DNA of 55,093 nucleotides from an uncultured Clostridia bacterium (GCA_947625665.1 CANQPF010000002.1:1-55093); one strand, 5' to 3'. Counted from the stretch's first letter, positions 45,540 through 54,908 are shown. Translations and numbers: made by a program. Notes: generated by a model not told the origin, from the letters alone.

Positions 45540-45782
45540 TTATTGAAGTTCTGTTTTTACTGTATTGATCTCTGTTGTAGTTGCTTTTTGGGCTGGTTGA
45601 TAATATCCTTTTGTTTGTGCTATCTTAAATAACTCATATTGAAAGCTTTCTCCATTGTTTCTCATTTGTTGTATAGTTTGTCTTAAATTCATATTTTCAG
45701 CTTCTAATATAACTCCTTGATATGTTTTTATATCACCTTTTGTACTTTCAAGAATATCGTTTACCATTGTTTTTTCGTCCAT
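45540..45782 (-). CDS. Spore coat protein F-like (Coat_F domain) protein
   Basis: ATG 45782 follows SD GAGGAAAGGAG. The product reads MDEKTMVNDILESTKGDIKTYQGVILEAENMNLRQTIQQMRNNGESFQYELFKIAQTKGYY. The track's longer 132-aa form overlaps the upstream gene and is unlikely. Confidence 0.65.
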   Translation of the reverse strand: MDEKTMVNDILESTKGDIKTYQGVILEAENMNLRQTIQQMRNNGESFQYELFKIAQTKGYYQPAQKATTTEINTVKTELQ

Positions 45783-45844
45783 AAGTTTTCTCCTTTCCTC
45801 TATATTTTCATGTTTTTTTACAATGCCTTTATTTTGTAAATACA

Positions 45845-46042
45845 CTAGTTGTTTAAAAATGTCATCAATTTTTGTTTCGTGTTTAATGCATCTTGTGCTG
45901 ATTTTGTAAATAATTGTTTTATTTGCGGATCTACACAATTTTGAGCATAATCATTTAATTTTTGATAAGATGTTTCGTGTGCTCCTATTAAATGTCTTAA
46001 GTTTTGTAATTCCACTTGATTTAAATCTGCCACAATAATCAT
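45845..46042 (-). CDS. Spore coat protein F-like small protein
   Basis: The product contains LNQVELQNLRHLIGAHETSYQKLNDYAQNCVDPQIKQLFTKSAQDALNTKQKLMTFL. The start may be GTG 46033, because ATG 46042 abuts the SD. Confidence 0.6.
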   Translation of the reverse strand: MIIVADLNQVELQNLRHLIGAHETSYQKLNDYAQNCVDPQIKQLFTKSAQDALNTKQKLMTFLNN

Positions 46043-46111
46043 TCCTTTCTTTTTAATTTCTTGTTATATTATTTCCTTTTTTTGAAATTTTATACAAAAT
46101 TAACAGATCTG

Positions 46112-46140
46112 TTGATTTTTTCATAATTTTATGGTATAAT
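46112..46140 (+). promoter_or_regulatory. Sigma-A promoter with an extended -10 box for the deaminase-LOG gene
   Basis: TTGATT is followed by a 17-nt spacer and TATAAT, with TGG directly upstream of the -10 (TGnTATAAT). It lies about 60 nt before ATG 46203. Confidence 0.6.
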
Positions 46141-46202
46141 GGTTTTTAATATATTTTACTAAAATTGTGGCTTAAAAGACTACAAAAATAAAGGAGGGAA
46201 GA

Positions 46203-48713
46203 ATGAAGAACTTAGAATTTTTCGGTAAATTTTTTCTAGACAAAGAAAAAGATATAATTGTAAATTTATATAAATCAAACCCTGATGAGCTTACATATAT
46301 TTTGGAAACACCATATCATAATACTGGAAATTTGATTACTAACTTAGCGAAAGTTTGTGGCGTTTCTACTGTTAAGAATGAGTTTGATATGAAGATTATA
46401 AAAGGCACTTTACCAGCTTGTATTAATGGCGATAATAAAGAGGTCTTTATTTTTCGTCTCGGTGGTATAAAAATTGCTAATATTTACTCTGACGGTAGAA
46501 TTGAGATTAAAGCTAAGATACCTGCAATTACAAAAACGTTAATGTCTCAAACAAAGGATTATGATTTTCCAGCTAATAAAACTATTGTTAAATCATATAT
46601 TTTCAAGAAATCTAAATTTAGAACAGACTTACATACTCACCAAAATGCAAATTTAACTGCTAATTGCTTGATTGCTTTAGGTCTTAGTCACCAAGTTAGA
46701 TATCCTCTTTATTACATTAAAAAACTTAAGTTAAAAATGTCTCCTTCACAAGAGGAAAAAATTTATAAGCAAAGGATTTTAGTAAAAAAACAATTTGCTA
46801 ATTGTGGTTTAGAAGGTAAATACTTAACAAGGAAAATTGACGATAATACTTTTATAAATTTTGCAGACTTTATTTTTAATAATTTAGAGAATGCTGAAGA
46901 AAATATAAATAAAATTAGAATCAGTTTATCAATATTAAAAGATGGTCAGGCGGTTTTTACAAATTTAGAAAAATTATATCTATATCGCTATGTTTTTGCT
47001 AAAGGTGTTGAAAGTTCAGATAAAATTGAGATTACTCCAGAAATGGTTAAAAGCTTGACTGATAGAAGTATTAGAATAAAATTAAAGAAGATGTTAGATG
47101 ATAAATCTGAGAATAGTGTTTATAAAAATAATACTTTAAGACAAGATAAATTACTTTGGATTGCAAGAGCTTATAAACGTCAAGGTATTTATTATACTGA
47201 AATTGCTAACACAGATTTATGTAAGAAAGGGTTACCTGCAATTGAGTTTCTAGAAGAAGTTCATGAAATTATGCCTGAAATCGAAAAAGAAACTGGTGTT
47301 AAAATTAGATTTTTAGCTGCTATTCGTAGAATTCCTTTAACTATTTTAAATTCTCCTCAAGATAATTACAGTTATTTAAGAGAGAATTTGGATGTAATTA
47401 AAACTGTTGCTAAAAGTCCTTATGTTGTAGGTAGCGATTTCATTGGTGAAGAAATCAATGATATTAGTGAATTAAAACCTGTTATAAAAGAACTTGTTGA
47501 ATATGTTAATAATGAAGATAAAGATTTTGTTATTCGTATTCATGCTGGTGAAAATGATAGTTTACGTGATAATGTAGCAAAATCTATTGAATGTATAAAA
47601 GATAGTTTACAACCTGGTCAAAAAATGCCAAACTTCCGCCTTGGACATGGATTATATACAGCTGATTTAGCATCTAAAGAAGGTAAAGAGCTTATGAAGG
47701 TTATGAAAGAGACTGGTGCTGTTCTTGAATTTCAGTTAACTTCTAATGTTCGTTTAAATAATTTAAGTAACTTAAATAATCACCCTTTAAAAACTTATTT
47801 AAAAAATGATGTTAATTGCGTTCAAGGTACTGATGGTTGTGGTTTTTATGGTATTGATACAATTGATGAACAGCTTGCTCTTCAAAATTTGCTTGGATTA
47901 AATGATGATGATTTTATGAAGATGAGAGCGGTTGAAGATAGAATTATCAATAATAGTAATAAAGTATTTGAGCGTAAGTCAAAAGCTTTTAAAAAGCTTA
48001 TTGGAAAAAATACTATGAGAGAAGTTTTACTTAATCTTGAGAATAAAATAATGTCTGAAAGTTCTAAAAATCCTATTAAATTACGCCTAAATAATGACCT
48101 TGATACAGCAGTTGCTTTAAAAGAAAAAATTAAAGATTTGCCTACCGATAAAGTTCCAATTATTATTGCTGGTGGTAGCTTTAACGCTAAAGGTAGAGAA
48201 ACAGCTTTAACTGAAGATGGTAAGAATTTCTTAAAACAACTTCTTTCTAGAATTGATAGTGAAAAAGCATATTTTGTTGTTGGTCATAAAATGAATGGCT
48301 ATGAGAAAGCAGTTTTAGATATGGCTCATAAATTAAATAAAAATTTTGAAGTTAATGCAATTGTACCTAAAACTGTTAGTAAAGATGTTGAGTATAGATT
48401 ACAAAATGAATCAGTTGATGGTATTTGTATATCTCCTGAAACTGAGGATTTTGGTATTTATAAAAGTTTTAATTATGAAATATTTGAACGTAGAAGTTCA
48501 GTCGTTATCGCTTTTGATGGTAATTCACCTGTCTCTAATTTAGTTCAAGAAGCTAAAAATGGCAAAGGCAAGGCTAGAATCTATGTTAATGAAGAAATTC
48601 CTACTTTAAAAGAAAAGGCTTCTTCTTTACATGGATATGTTGTTCCTTTCAATTTAGATGATGATATTACAGATAGAATTTTAGAAGAAAATCCAGAGAT
48701 TGTTGCTAACTAA
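46203..48713 (+). CDS. 836-aa fusion protein: unknown N-terminal domain (about aa 1-140), an adenosine/AMP-deaminase-family metallo-hydrolase domain (about aa 140-600), and a degenerate LOG/SLOG-like Rossmann domain (about aa 648-800)
   Basis: The deaminase motifs appear in order: DLHTHQ (aa 142-147), VVGSDFIGEE (408-417), IHAGEN (446-451), LGHG (480-483), QLTSNV (511-516) and QGTDG (541-545). The LOG-like layout is VPIIIAGGS, YFVVGHKMNGYEKAVLDMA, FEVNAIVPKTV and FERRSSVVIAFDGNSPVSNLVQEA. Confidence 0.7.
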   Translation: MKNLEFFGKFFLDKEKDIIVNLYKSNPDELTYILETPYHNTGNLITNLAKVCGVSTVKNEFDMKIIKGTLPACINGDNKEVFIFRLGGIKIANIYSDGRIEIKAKIPAITKTLMSQTKDYDFPANKTIVKSYIFKKSKFRTDLHTHQNANLTANCLIALGLSHQVRYPLYYIKKLKLKMSPSQEEKIYKQRILVKKQFANCGLEGKYLTRKIDDNTFINFADFIFNNLENAEENINKIRISLSILKDGQAVFTNLEKLYLYRYVFAKGVESSDKIEITPEMVKSLTDRSIRIKLKKMLDDKSENSVYKNNTLRQDKLLWIARAYKRQGIYYTEIANTDLCKKGLPAIEFLEEVHEIMPEIEKETGVKIRFLAAIRRIPLTILNSPQDNYSYLRENLDVIKTVAKSPYVVGSDFIGEEINDISELKPVIKELVEYVNNEDKDFVIRIHAGENDSLRDNVAKSIECIKDSLQPGQKMPNFRLGHGLYTADLASKEGKELMKVMKETGAVLEFQLTSNVRLNNLSNLNNHPLKTYLKNDVNCVQGTDGCGFYGIDTIDEQLALQNLLGLNDDDFMKMRAVEDRIINNSNKVFERKSKAFKKLIGKNTMREVLLNLENKIMSESSKNPIKLRLNNDLDTAVALKEKIKDLPTDKVPIIIAGGSFNAKGRETALTEDGKNFLKQLLSRIDSEKAYFVVGHKMNGYEKAVLDMAHKLNKNFEVNAIVPKTVSKDVEYRLQNESVDGICISPETEDFGIYKSFNYEIFERRSSVVIAFDGNSPVSNLVQEAKNGKGKARIYVNEEIPTLKEKASSLHGYVVPFNLDDDITDRILEENPEIVAN

Positions 48714-48730
48714 ACAACATTAATTCAACA

Positions 48731-48783
48731 AAAAGAGGGCATCTTGTGAACTATTTTTAGTTCATAGAGCTCCTCTTTTTTTG
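48731..48783. terminator. Bidirectional hairpin terminator between convergent genes
   Basis: The structure is AAGAGG..TGAACTA-TTTT-TAGTTCA..CCTCTTTTTTT. Confidence 0.6.
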
Positions 48784-48796
48784 TTAAACATTTTTT

Positions 48797-50428
48797 CTAT
48801 AAATCAGTATCGAAAATTTTATCTATTACTTTTCCTATTAGATCAGTCGATTCGGATTTTTTATTGCTAAAGTCCATGTCCCACATTACTTCTAAATAAT
48901 TTTTGCAAACATAATAAATGTTTTCAATAACTTCATCTGTTAAAATTTGTGTATCCGAACTTCTAATTACGTCTAGTTGTCTTTTTACAGGTATTGGTGT
49001 TCCAAATGCTACTGCATACGTATAATAATCTTCCCATAATTCTATATATTCTATGTTTTCGTCTTTCATTAATGAGTATTTCTTTATTTTATTTTCAAGT
49101 TCTTTTATATTGTAGTAATCATTCAAAATTGCATAGTCGTGTTTTATCATGTGATCATCTGTTGACAGTATCAAAAGTGTTACGCCAAGGAGTAACAGGT
49201 CATACATAATGTATAATTCTTTTCCAAATGATGCGTATATTATCATCATTAGCATTGTTGCAAATATAATTGAAATAGCTTTTGCTATTAATTTTCTTCC
49301 CGTGAGTCCTTCCGTTACTTCAGAAAGTGCTTTGAAAAGATTTCTTAATACTCCTATAATTGCTATTGATAAAACATATATAATTGGAATTATTACTACT
49401 ACAAAAATACCTATAAACATTGCATATATTGCTTCTTGTGTTGTTATTTTTATGTTTAGTCCATTTTTCATTATGTGGTTTATTATTAATATTATGCTTA
49501 TTACCAACAATACATTATTTACTAGCCTTAACCATATTGGCACTGCATTATAGTTTGCTCCCATTGAATTTAATTTTTCTTTTGTTCCTGCACTTATACT
49601 TTTTATCTTTTCGTATGATTCTGATGAATCTGCTAAATCTTTCATTCTTTTGACTATATCTATCTCGAATTCGCCGTTTTCTCCTCTTCTTATATAATTA
49701 TGCTTAATTACTCCATTTTCAAAGTTGGCTTTTTCTTCGAATATCCATCTGTATATTACTAGTTCTGTCATATCCATTTGATAAGTGCTTTCTTTGTTTT
49801 CAGAAATATAGTATTTATAATTTATTTTTTCGTTTTCTCCTTGAGATTCTATATTTATATTCAGCTTTTTCTTGTTTACTAAGTTCAGTATTACTGCTAA
49901 TATATCTCGTAACATTACATCTCTATTTTGTGCTATACATGCTGCAATAAGTGGATTGTATTTTTTAAATATTTCTTCATCTCCCATTGGTTTATAATCT
50001 ATAATAGTTTCTTTTTCAAATAGGAATAACAGAGTTATCCAATACACTAGCAGGACTACTGATACAATTATTATTAATGCGTTGTTAGTATTGTATTCTT
50101 CCTTTGATATATTGGTGTTTCCGTCAAAGATGTCTTTTACAAAATTATCATGTAAATATTTCCCTATAGTTGTTTTTGTAACACTTCCATCTAAGTTAAC
50201 TATTGATACTTCTTCACCTAGTATTTGCGTTTCTTTTTTTACTGTTGACGCTAGTTTATGTTTTTCTATATTGGTTGGCATGCTATAGATTAAATATCCC
50301 ACTAATCCTATTGTTACAAGCATTTCTAAAATTTTTAATCCTCTATCACGCTTTCGATTAAATACTGCATCATTACCTACTAACAGAGCAATTATTAAGA
50401 TTATTAACGATATAAAAAAGTATTCCAT
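48797..50428 (-). CDS. Polytopic membrane protein, possibly DUF2207-like
   Basis: It has several hydrophobic segments. The C-terminal segment WEDYYTYAVAFGTPIPV resembles the DUF2207 tail; this is from memory and is weak evidence. Confidence 0.6.
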   Translation of the reverse strand: MEYFFISLIILIIALLVGNDAVFNRKRDRGLKILEMLVTIGLVGYLIYSMPTNIEKHKLASTVKKETQILGEEVSIVNLDGSVTKTTIGKYLHDNFVKDIFDGNTNISKEEYNTNNALIIIVSVVLLVYWITLLFLFEKETIIDYKPMGDEEIFKKYNPLIAACIAQNRDVMLRDILAVILNLVNKKKLNINIESQGENEKINYKYYISENKESTYQMDMTELVIYRWIFEEKANFENGVIKHNYIRRGENGEFEIDIVKRMKDLADSSESYEKIKSISAGTKEKLNSMGANYNAVPIWLRLVNNVLLVISIILIINHIMKNGLNIKITTQEAIYAMFIGIFVVVIIPIIYVLSIAIIGVLRNLFKALSEVTEGLTGRKLIAKAISIIFATMLMMIIYASFGKELYIMYDLLLLGVTLLILSTDDHMIKHDYAILNDYYNIKELENKIKKYSLMKDENIEYIELWEDYYTYAVAFGTPIPVKRQLDVIRSSDTQILTDEVIENIYYVCKNYLEVMWDMDFSNKKSESTDLIGKVIDKIFDTDL

Positions 50429-50586
50429 ATTTTCCCCTTTGTATTTTTTTGTAATTTTATCAAAAAAAGAATTTTTTGTAAATTAATTTATTGTTTATTT
50501 ACACTATTTTTTATTTTATTTTCGTTTACTTATATTTTAAGTTGTGATAAAATTATTTTAAATTATTTTGATTTTAAGGAGGAATT

Positions 50587-51030
50587 ATGGAAGAAGAATT
50601 CGCAAATAAAAAACTTCTTGTTATGGAATATGATAGTAGTGTCCAAATGGATACTTTGGAGGAACTTCTTACTGTATATTTTAATGAATTTTACATAGAT
50701 AAACCTGAACGTGAAAAGATTTCTTTAAGATATTCATGTATATATCCTTATGCTTTATCAGCCCAAAAAAGAGTTTTCGTATCTTTAGAAGAAGAAATGG
50801 TTGATGGTATGATACAAAAAGTATCTGATCCAGATCTTGAAGAAGGTTTATTTATTAATAATGACGTTAATTTCTTTTTGTCTATGTGTAAGATTGATCA
50901 ACTTAGAATTTGTGAACGAATAGATTCTAATATTTTTACTGCAAGGCTTAATAAGCAAAATTTACAAGAAGATTATATAATTGTAAATGATTACGCAAGT
51001 GCTCTTTTAAAAGCTAACCTTCTAAGTTAA
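50587..51030 (+). CDS. Hypothetical cytoplasmic protein (147 aa)
   Basis: The SD is AAGGAGGA and the frame is open. I recognised no family. Confidence 0.6.
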   Translation: MEEEFANKKLLVMEYDSSVQMDTLEELLTVYFNEFYIDKPEREKISLRYSCIYPYALSAQKRVFVSLEEEMVDGMIQKVSDPDLEEGLFINNDVNFFLSMCKIDQLRICERIDSNIFTARLNKQNLQEDYIIVNDYASALLKANLLS

Positions 51031-51051
51031 TTTTTAGAATATAAAACAAAA

Positions 51052-51142
51052 AAAAAGCTAATTTTAATGTGAAGTGGTAAGATGAAAGCAGACTTTTTGT
51101 GTCTACTTTTGTTAACAAGTTCACATTAAGATTAGCTTTTTT
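51052..51142. terminator. Long inverted repeat (22-nt arms, one mismatch) acting as a bidirectional terminator
   Basis: AAAAAGCTAATTTTAATGTGAA, about 46 nt of spacer, then TTCACATTAAGATTAGCTTTTT. It is flanked by A and T runs and lies between convergent genes. Confidence 0.55.
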
Positions 51143-51145
51143 GTC

Positions 51146-52201
51146 TTAATATAAATAGTCCGCTGTTGTACTATCTTCGTCTTCGTCATCACTATAATAT
51201 TGTTCATCTTCGTTTTCATCATAAACTGATGTCGTATTTGTATTAACATCTTCATCTTCATCAGATGTATTATTATTTGAACTTTCACTTTGTGCTTCTG
51301 GTGTTGGCGTTTCTACTGGGGCTTCTGGAATTGGTGCTGCAACTAGTGCTTCATATATACATATTGCATGGAATACAGCTCTTTTTCTTCCTGATGTATC
51401 ACATGTTGATAGTGTTATCATCTTTTTATCTGATCTCGGTTCTATATCATACGTTGTTGTCGTTTTTTGCTTTACTGTGTTTATAAAGTTTTCATAGGAT
51501 TTTAATTCATTTAGTCCTGGTATTATGCTTTGAACATTTGGTTTTTCAGTATAACTTGAGAATACTTGATATTTCATTTTTCTTTGTTCTGTTATTATTG
51601 TTATTTCTATTTGACCTGGTTGAGTACCATCTTTTATAGCATCATACAGAGGCGCAAACATTTTTCCTGTTGTTAAATTATGTCCAAATATTACAGTATT
51701 ATTATCTGTAAAGTTTTTATTATTTTGATAATCCATAAATATACTACCACAAGTGCTATCTTCCTTGTTTAAATCTTTTTTCAAATAATATTCATTATCT
51801 GTTGTTTGTAATACCGGATAATCAATTCCTAATGATTCTATTCTTATCCATGCTACTACATCTGGGTTTGTTTCTTTAAGCTTTGCAAAGTCTACGTCGA
51901 TTTTTACATTTTCATCGTCACTTTGTTTTATTACTTCATCAATTAATTTTTCATGTTCTTTTCCTTCTTTTATATTACTATATGCCCATTGCCCTATTTT
52001 GTATGCTGTTATTATAAATATAATAACGAATATTATTAAGAATATGTTTACTAATTTACTTTTTGTTCTTGATGTACTGTATGGACTAGTATTTTTAGGT
52101 ACATGTGTCGCATATTTATGTGATTTTGTATCTTTAGTAGAAGCTTTCTTTGGAGGTTCTTGTGTTTGTATTTGACTTTTCTTTACTCGTGTATATCTCA
52201 T
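51146..52201 (-). CDS. srtB: Class B sortase with an extended basic N-terminal tail and a Pro-rich/acidic C-terminal tail
   Basis: SrtB-type motifs are NPDVVAWIRIESLGIDYPVLQTTDNEYYLKKD, VIFGHNL and TLSTCDTSGRKRAVFHA. The SD is GGGGAGG. Confidence 0.85.
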   Translation of the reverse strand: MRYTRVKKSQIQTQEPPKKASTKDTKSHKYATHVPKNTSPYSTSRTKSKLVNIFLIIFVIIFIITAYKIGQWAYSNIKEGKEHEKLIDEVIKQSDDENVKIDVDFAKLKETNPDVVAWIRIESLGIDYPVLQTTDNEYYLKKDLNKEDSTCGSIFMDYQNNKNFTDNNTVIFGHNLTTGKMFAPLYDAIKDGTQPGQIEITIITEQRKMKYQVFSSYTEKPNVQSIIPGLNELKSYENFINTVKQKTTTTYDIEPRSDKKMITLSTCDTSGRKRAVFHAICIYEALVAAPIPEAPVETPTPEAQSESSNNNTSDEDEDVNTNTTSVYDENEDEQYYSDDEDEDSTTADYLY

Positions 52202-52467
52202 TTTTTCCTCCCCTTTCTTCTTTTACTTTTATGTGTATAGAATATCACATTTCTTTTTATTTGTACACTTTTTATTATAACAAAAATATATAAATTTTCA
52301 AATAGTAAACATAGTGCAATCAAATTTTTTATGCAAAACATAATATACATAAAGTTAAATAATGTTGATTTTTTATGTAAAATATGGTATAATAATATTA
52401 GATTTTGACCCAAGTGGTTAATTTCAGATTGCCTAATTATATTATACAAAATGACGGAGGTACTAAA

Positions 52468-52998
52468 ATGGCAACAGAAAATATCAAAATTGAAAGCTTA
52501 CTTGAAAATGCAATCCCAATGGTCTCTAAGATTTATAATTTACATATCAGAGTTCTCGCCAAAGACGAACTAGTCTATAATTGGTTAGAAGACACTGAAT
52601 ATCAAGGTAAAGCCGGAGAGATTGTCTTAAAAGGTACTAAAGGCGAAGAATGGATTATTCCAGAGAAAAAACTCGCCAAATATGAGTACACTAATGGATC
52701 ACCCATCACTTATAAATCTTTAACAGCTGAATATCAGCCTATTAAAACTGTAGAATCTGATGCAGTAACATGGCTTATTCAGATTCCAAAAGATATAAAA
52801 GGCGAAGTCGTTACGGAGCGCGGAGACGTCCTTAATGTAAATAGAGATTTCAATCGCAAAGGACAAAAAGTCCCACATGCTGATGGTGACTCGGTTGCCG
52901 TAGCAGACGATGGTGGAAAACCTAACCTTGATTGGGGACCCTGGGTTGTTAATGGAGAAGTAGTTAAAAACACTTACTCTCCAAAATCTGCCAAGTAG
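52468..52998 (+). CDS. Hypothetical protein (176 aa)
   Basis: I prefer ATG 52468, which follows SD GACGGAGG, to the track start at 52405. I recognised no family. Confidence 0.6.
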   Translation: MATENIKIESLLENAIPMVSKIYNLHIRVLAKDELVYNWLEDTEYQGKAGEIVLKGTKGEEWIIPEKKLAKYEYTNGSPITYKSLTAEYQPIKTVESDAVTWLIQIPKDIKGEVVTERGDVLNVNRDFNRKGQKVPHADGDSVAVADDGGKPNLDWGPWVVNGEVVKNTYSPKSAK

Positions 52999-53038
52999 TT
53001 TTCGGTAATGGTATGGTGCTAATTAGCACTAATTGAAG

Positions 53039-53085
53039 ACCTGAGTTTATTCGTTTCACACGTATAGACTCAGGTATCTTTTTGT
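53039..53085 (+). terminator. Rho-independent terminator
   Basis: ACCTGAGT, a 21-nt loop, ACTCAGGT, then ATCTTTTTG. Confidence 0.5.
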
Positions 53086-53130
53086 TTATACCTTTATACT
53101 CTTGTACTTCAGAGTATTGGAAAAATATTG

Positions 53131-53631
53131 TTATAGTGAATTTGTTATTTTTAGTAATTCTTGTAATGTTTCTTCTATTGAAAGTTCCCCTTCTTCTATT
53201 GTAATATCTGCATATTTTTCGTACAATGGTATTCTTTCGTTATATAAATCTTTTAATGTTTGGCTGTTTTTTAATACTACTCCTCTTCCTTCTATATCTT
53301 CTATTCTTTTATTGATTGTTTCATAGTCTTGTTTTAAGTATATTATTTTCCCTAAATTTTTCAAGTTTTTCATTGCTGCTTTTCCATATATTATACTTCC
53401 ACCTGTTGCAATAACACTTTTTTCTGCTTTGATTTTACTGCCTATTTGGTTTTCAATTTGTATTATTTTATTTATTCCTTTTTCTTTAATGATTTGTGGT
53501 ATTGGCTTTTTAAATTTTTCTTGTATTAATATATCTGTATCTATAAAATTACATTTTAGTTTTTCTGCAAGCTTAGTACCTATAGTGCTTTTTCCTACTC
53601 CTGGCATTCCTATTAAAATAATATTGTTCAT
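53131..53631 (-). CDS. aroK: Shikimate kinase
   Basis: The P-loop is IILIGMPGVGKSTIG. The size of 166 aa and the GGSIIYG segment are typical of AroK. Confidence 0.85.
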   Translation of the reverse strand: MNNIILIGMPGVGKSTIGTKLAEKLKCNFIDTDILIQEKFKKPIPQIIKEKGINKIIQIENQIGSKIKAEKSVIATGGSIIYGKAAMKNLKNLGKIIYLKQDYETINKRIEDIEGRGVVLKNSQTLKDLYNERIPLYEKYADITIEEGELSIEETLQELLKITNSL

Positions 53632-53812
53632 CTAATTTCTTCCTTTACTATTCTTTATTTTATATTTTTTTATTCCACACAACTTTTAATTTTCATTTAA
53701 AATTTAACATGATTTTCATATTTTTGCAATGTTTTTATTTGAAATAATATTCACACTCCAATACGTTTTTATGATATACTTTAGTTAGAGCAATTTGTAG
53801 AGGAGAATAAAA

Positions 53813-54862
53813 ATGACCATTGAAGAAGAATTATTTAGAAAAACAAAGATTAATTTTGATAAAATATCTGCATACGGATTTAAAAAAGATAAGTCTTTAT
53901 ATAGATATTCAAAAAATATTATGAATAATACTTTTAGAGTGGATATTGAAATAAATGCTGATGGAATAATTAAAGGTAAAGTTTATGATTTAGCTTTTGG
54001 AGATGAATATACTAATTTTCGTATAGAAGATAGTACAGGCTCTTTTGTAGGACAAGTTAGAGATGAATTTAAAAATTTATTAAAAGATATTAGAAGTAAT
54101 TGTTTTACCAGAGAATCTTTTATATATGAGCAATCAAACAGAATAACAAAAGCCATAAAGGAAAAGTATGGAGATGATCCAGAATTTGAATGGAAAAAGT
54201 TCCCTGGATATGCTACTTTTAAAAATAGTAATAGCAAAAAGTGGTATGGCATAATAATGAATCTTGATAAAAGTAAATTAGATGAAAAATCTACTGGCGA
54301 AGTAGAAATAATTGATATAAAATTAGATCCAAATGAAATAGAATATTTACTAAAACAGGATGGTTTTTATCCTGCATATCATATGAATAAGAAAAATTGG
54401 ATTACAGCTATACTAAATAATACCATATCAGATAAAAAAATAATGGATTTGATTGAGAAAAGTTATTCATATACTGTTACAAATAAAAATCGTGCTAAAA
54501 ATGAGTGGATAGTTCCTGCAAATCCAAAGTATTTTAATATAGAGAAAGCCTTAAAAGAAAATAATACAATAATGTGGAAACAAAATACAGATATTAAAAT
54601 AAATGATATTGTTTATATATATGTTGGCAGTCCTTATTCATCAATTATGTATAAATTTAAAGTGGTAGAAGTAAATATTCCTTATGAATATAAAGATGAA
54701 AATTTAAAAATGCAAAGAGTTATGAAAATAGATTTATTAACAAGATATGATAAAGGAGAGTTGACATTTAAAAAATTAAAAGATTTTGGAGTAAATGCAA
54801 TTAGAAGTCAAAGATATATGCCAGTAGAATTAAGTGAATATATAAATAAAAGTAAAAGATAA
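53813..54862 (+). CDS. Fusion of a MmcQ/YjbR-family domain with a C-terminal PUA/EVE-like domain
   Basis: The YjbR-like stretch is WYGIIMNLD..PAYHMNKKNWITAILNN. The C-terminal stretch is WIVPANPKYFNIEKALKENNTIMWKQNTDIKINDIVYIYVGSPYSSIMYKFKVVEV. Both assignments are from memory of the family signatures. Confidence 0.6.
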   Translation: MTIEEELFRKTKINFDKISAYGFKKDKSLYRYSKNIMNNTFRVDIEINADGIIKGKVYDLAFGDEYTNFRIEDSTGSFVGQVRDEFKNLLKDIRSNCFTRESFIYEQSNRITKAIKEKYGDDPEFEWKKFPGYATFKNSNSKKWYGIIMNLDKSKLDEKSTGEVEIIDIKLDPNEIEYLLKQDGFYPAYHMNKKNWITAILNNTISDKKIMDLIEKSYSYTVTNKNRAKNEWIVPANPKYFNIEKALKENNTIMWKQNTDIKINDIVYIYVGSPYSSIMYKFKVVEVNIPYEYKDENLKMQRVMKIDLLTRYDKGELTFKKLKDFGVNAIRSQRYMPVELSEYINKSKR

Positions 54863-54908
54863 CCTAAATTTTCTACTGCACCCCTATTGCACACTAAAAT
54901 AAGAAAAT

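Noticed and set aside
45540-45938. The longer 132-aa version of the second CotF-like ORF
   Set aside because: Its first 51 codons overlap the upstream CotF-like gene and lack an SD. The internal ATG at 45782 has a strong SD (GAGGAAAGGAG) and yields a typical Coat_F-sized protein.
46203-50428. Interpretation of the deaminase gene as RADAR (RdrA/RdrB)
   Set aside because: There is no adjacent RdrA-like ATPase. The neighbours are CotF-like genes and a convergent membrane protein, and the gene has its own promoter and terminator. It is retained only as a stand-alone candidate.
52198-52449. An 83-aa minus-strand ORF upstream of the sortase
   Set aside because: It lies in the AT-rich divergent promoter region, has no SD, and encodes a hydrophobic low-complexity product. 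It would also overlap the sortase start.
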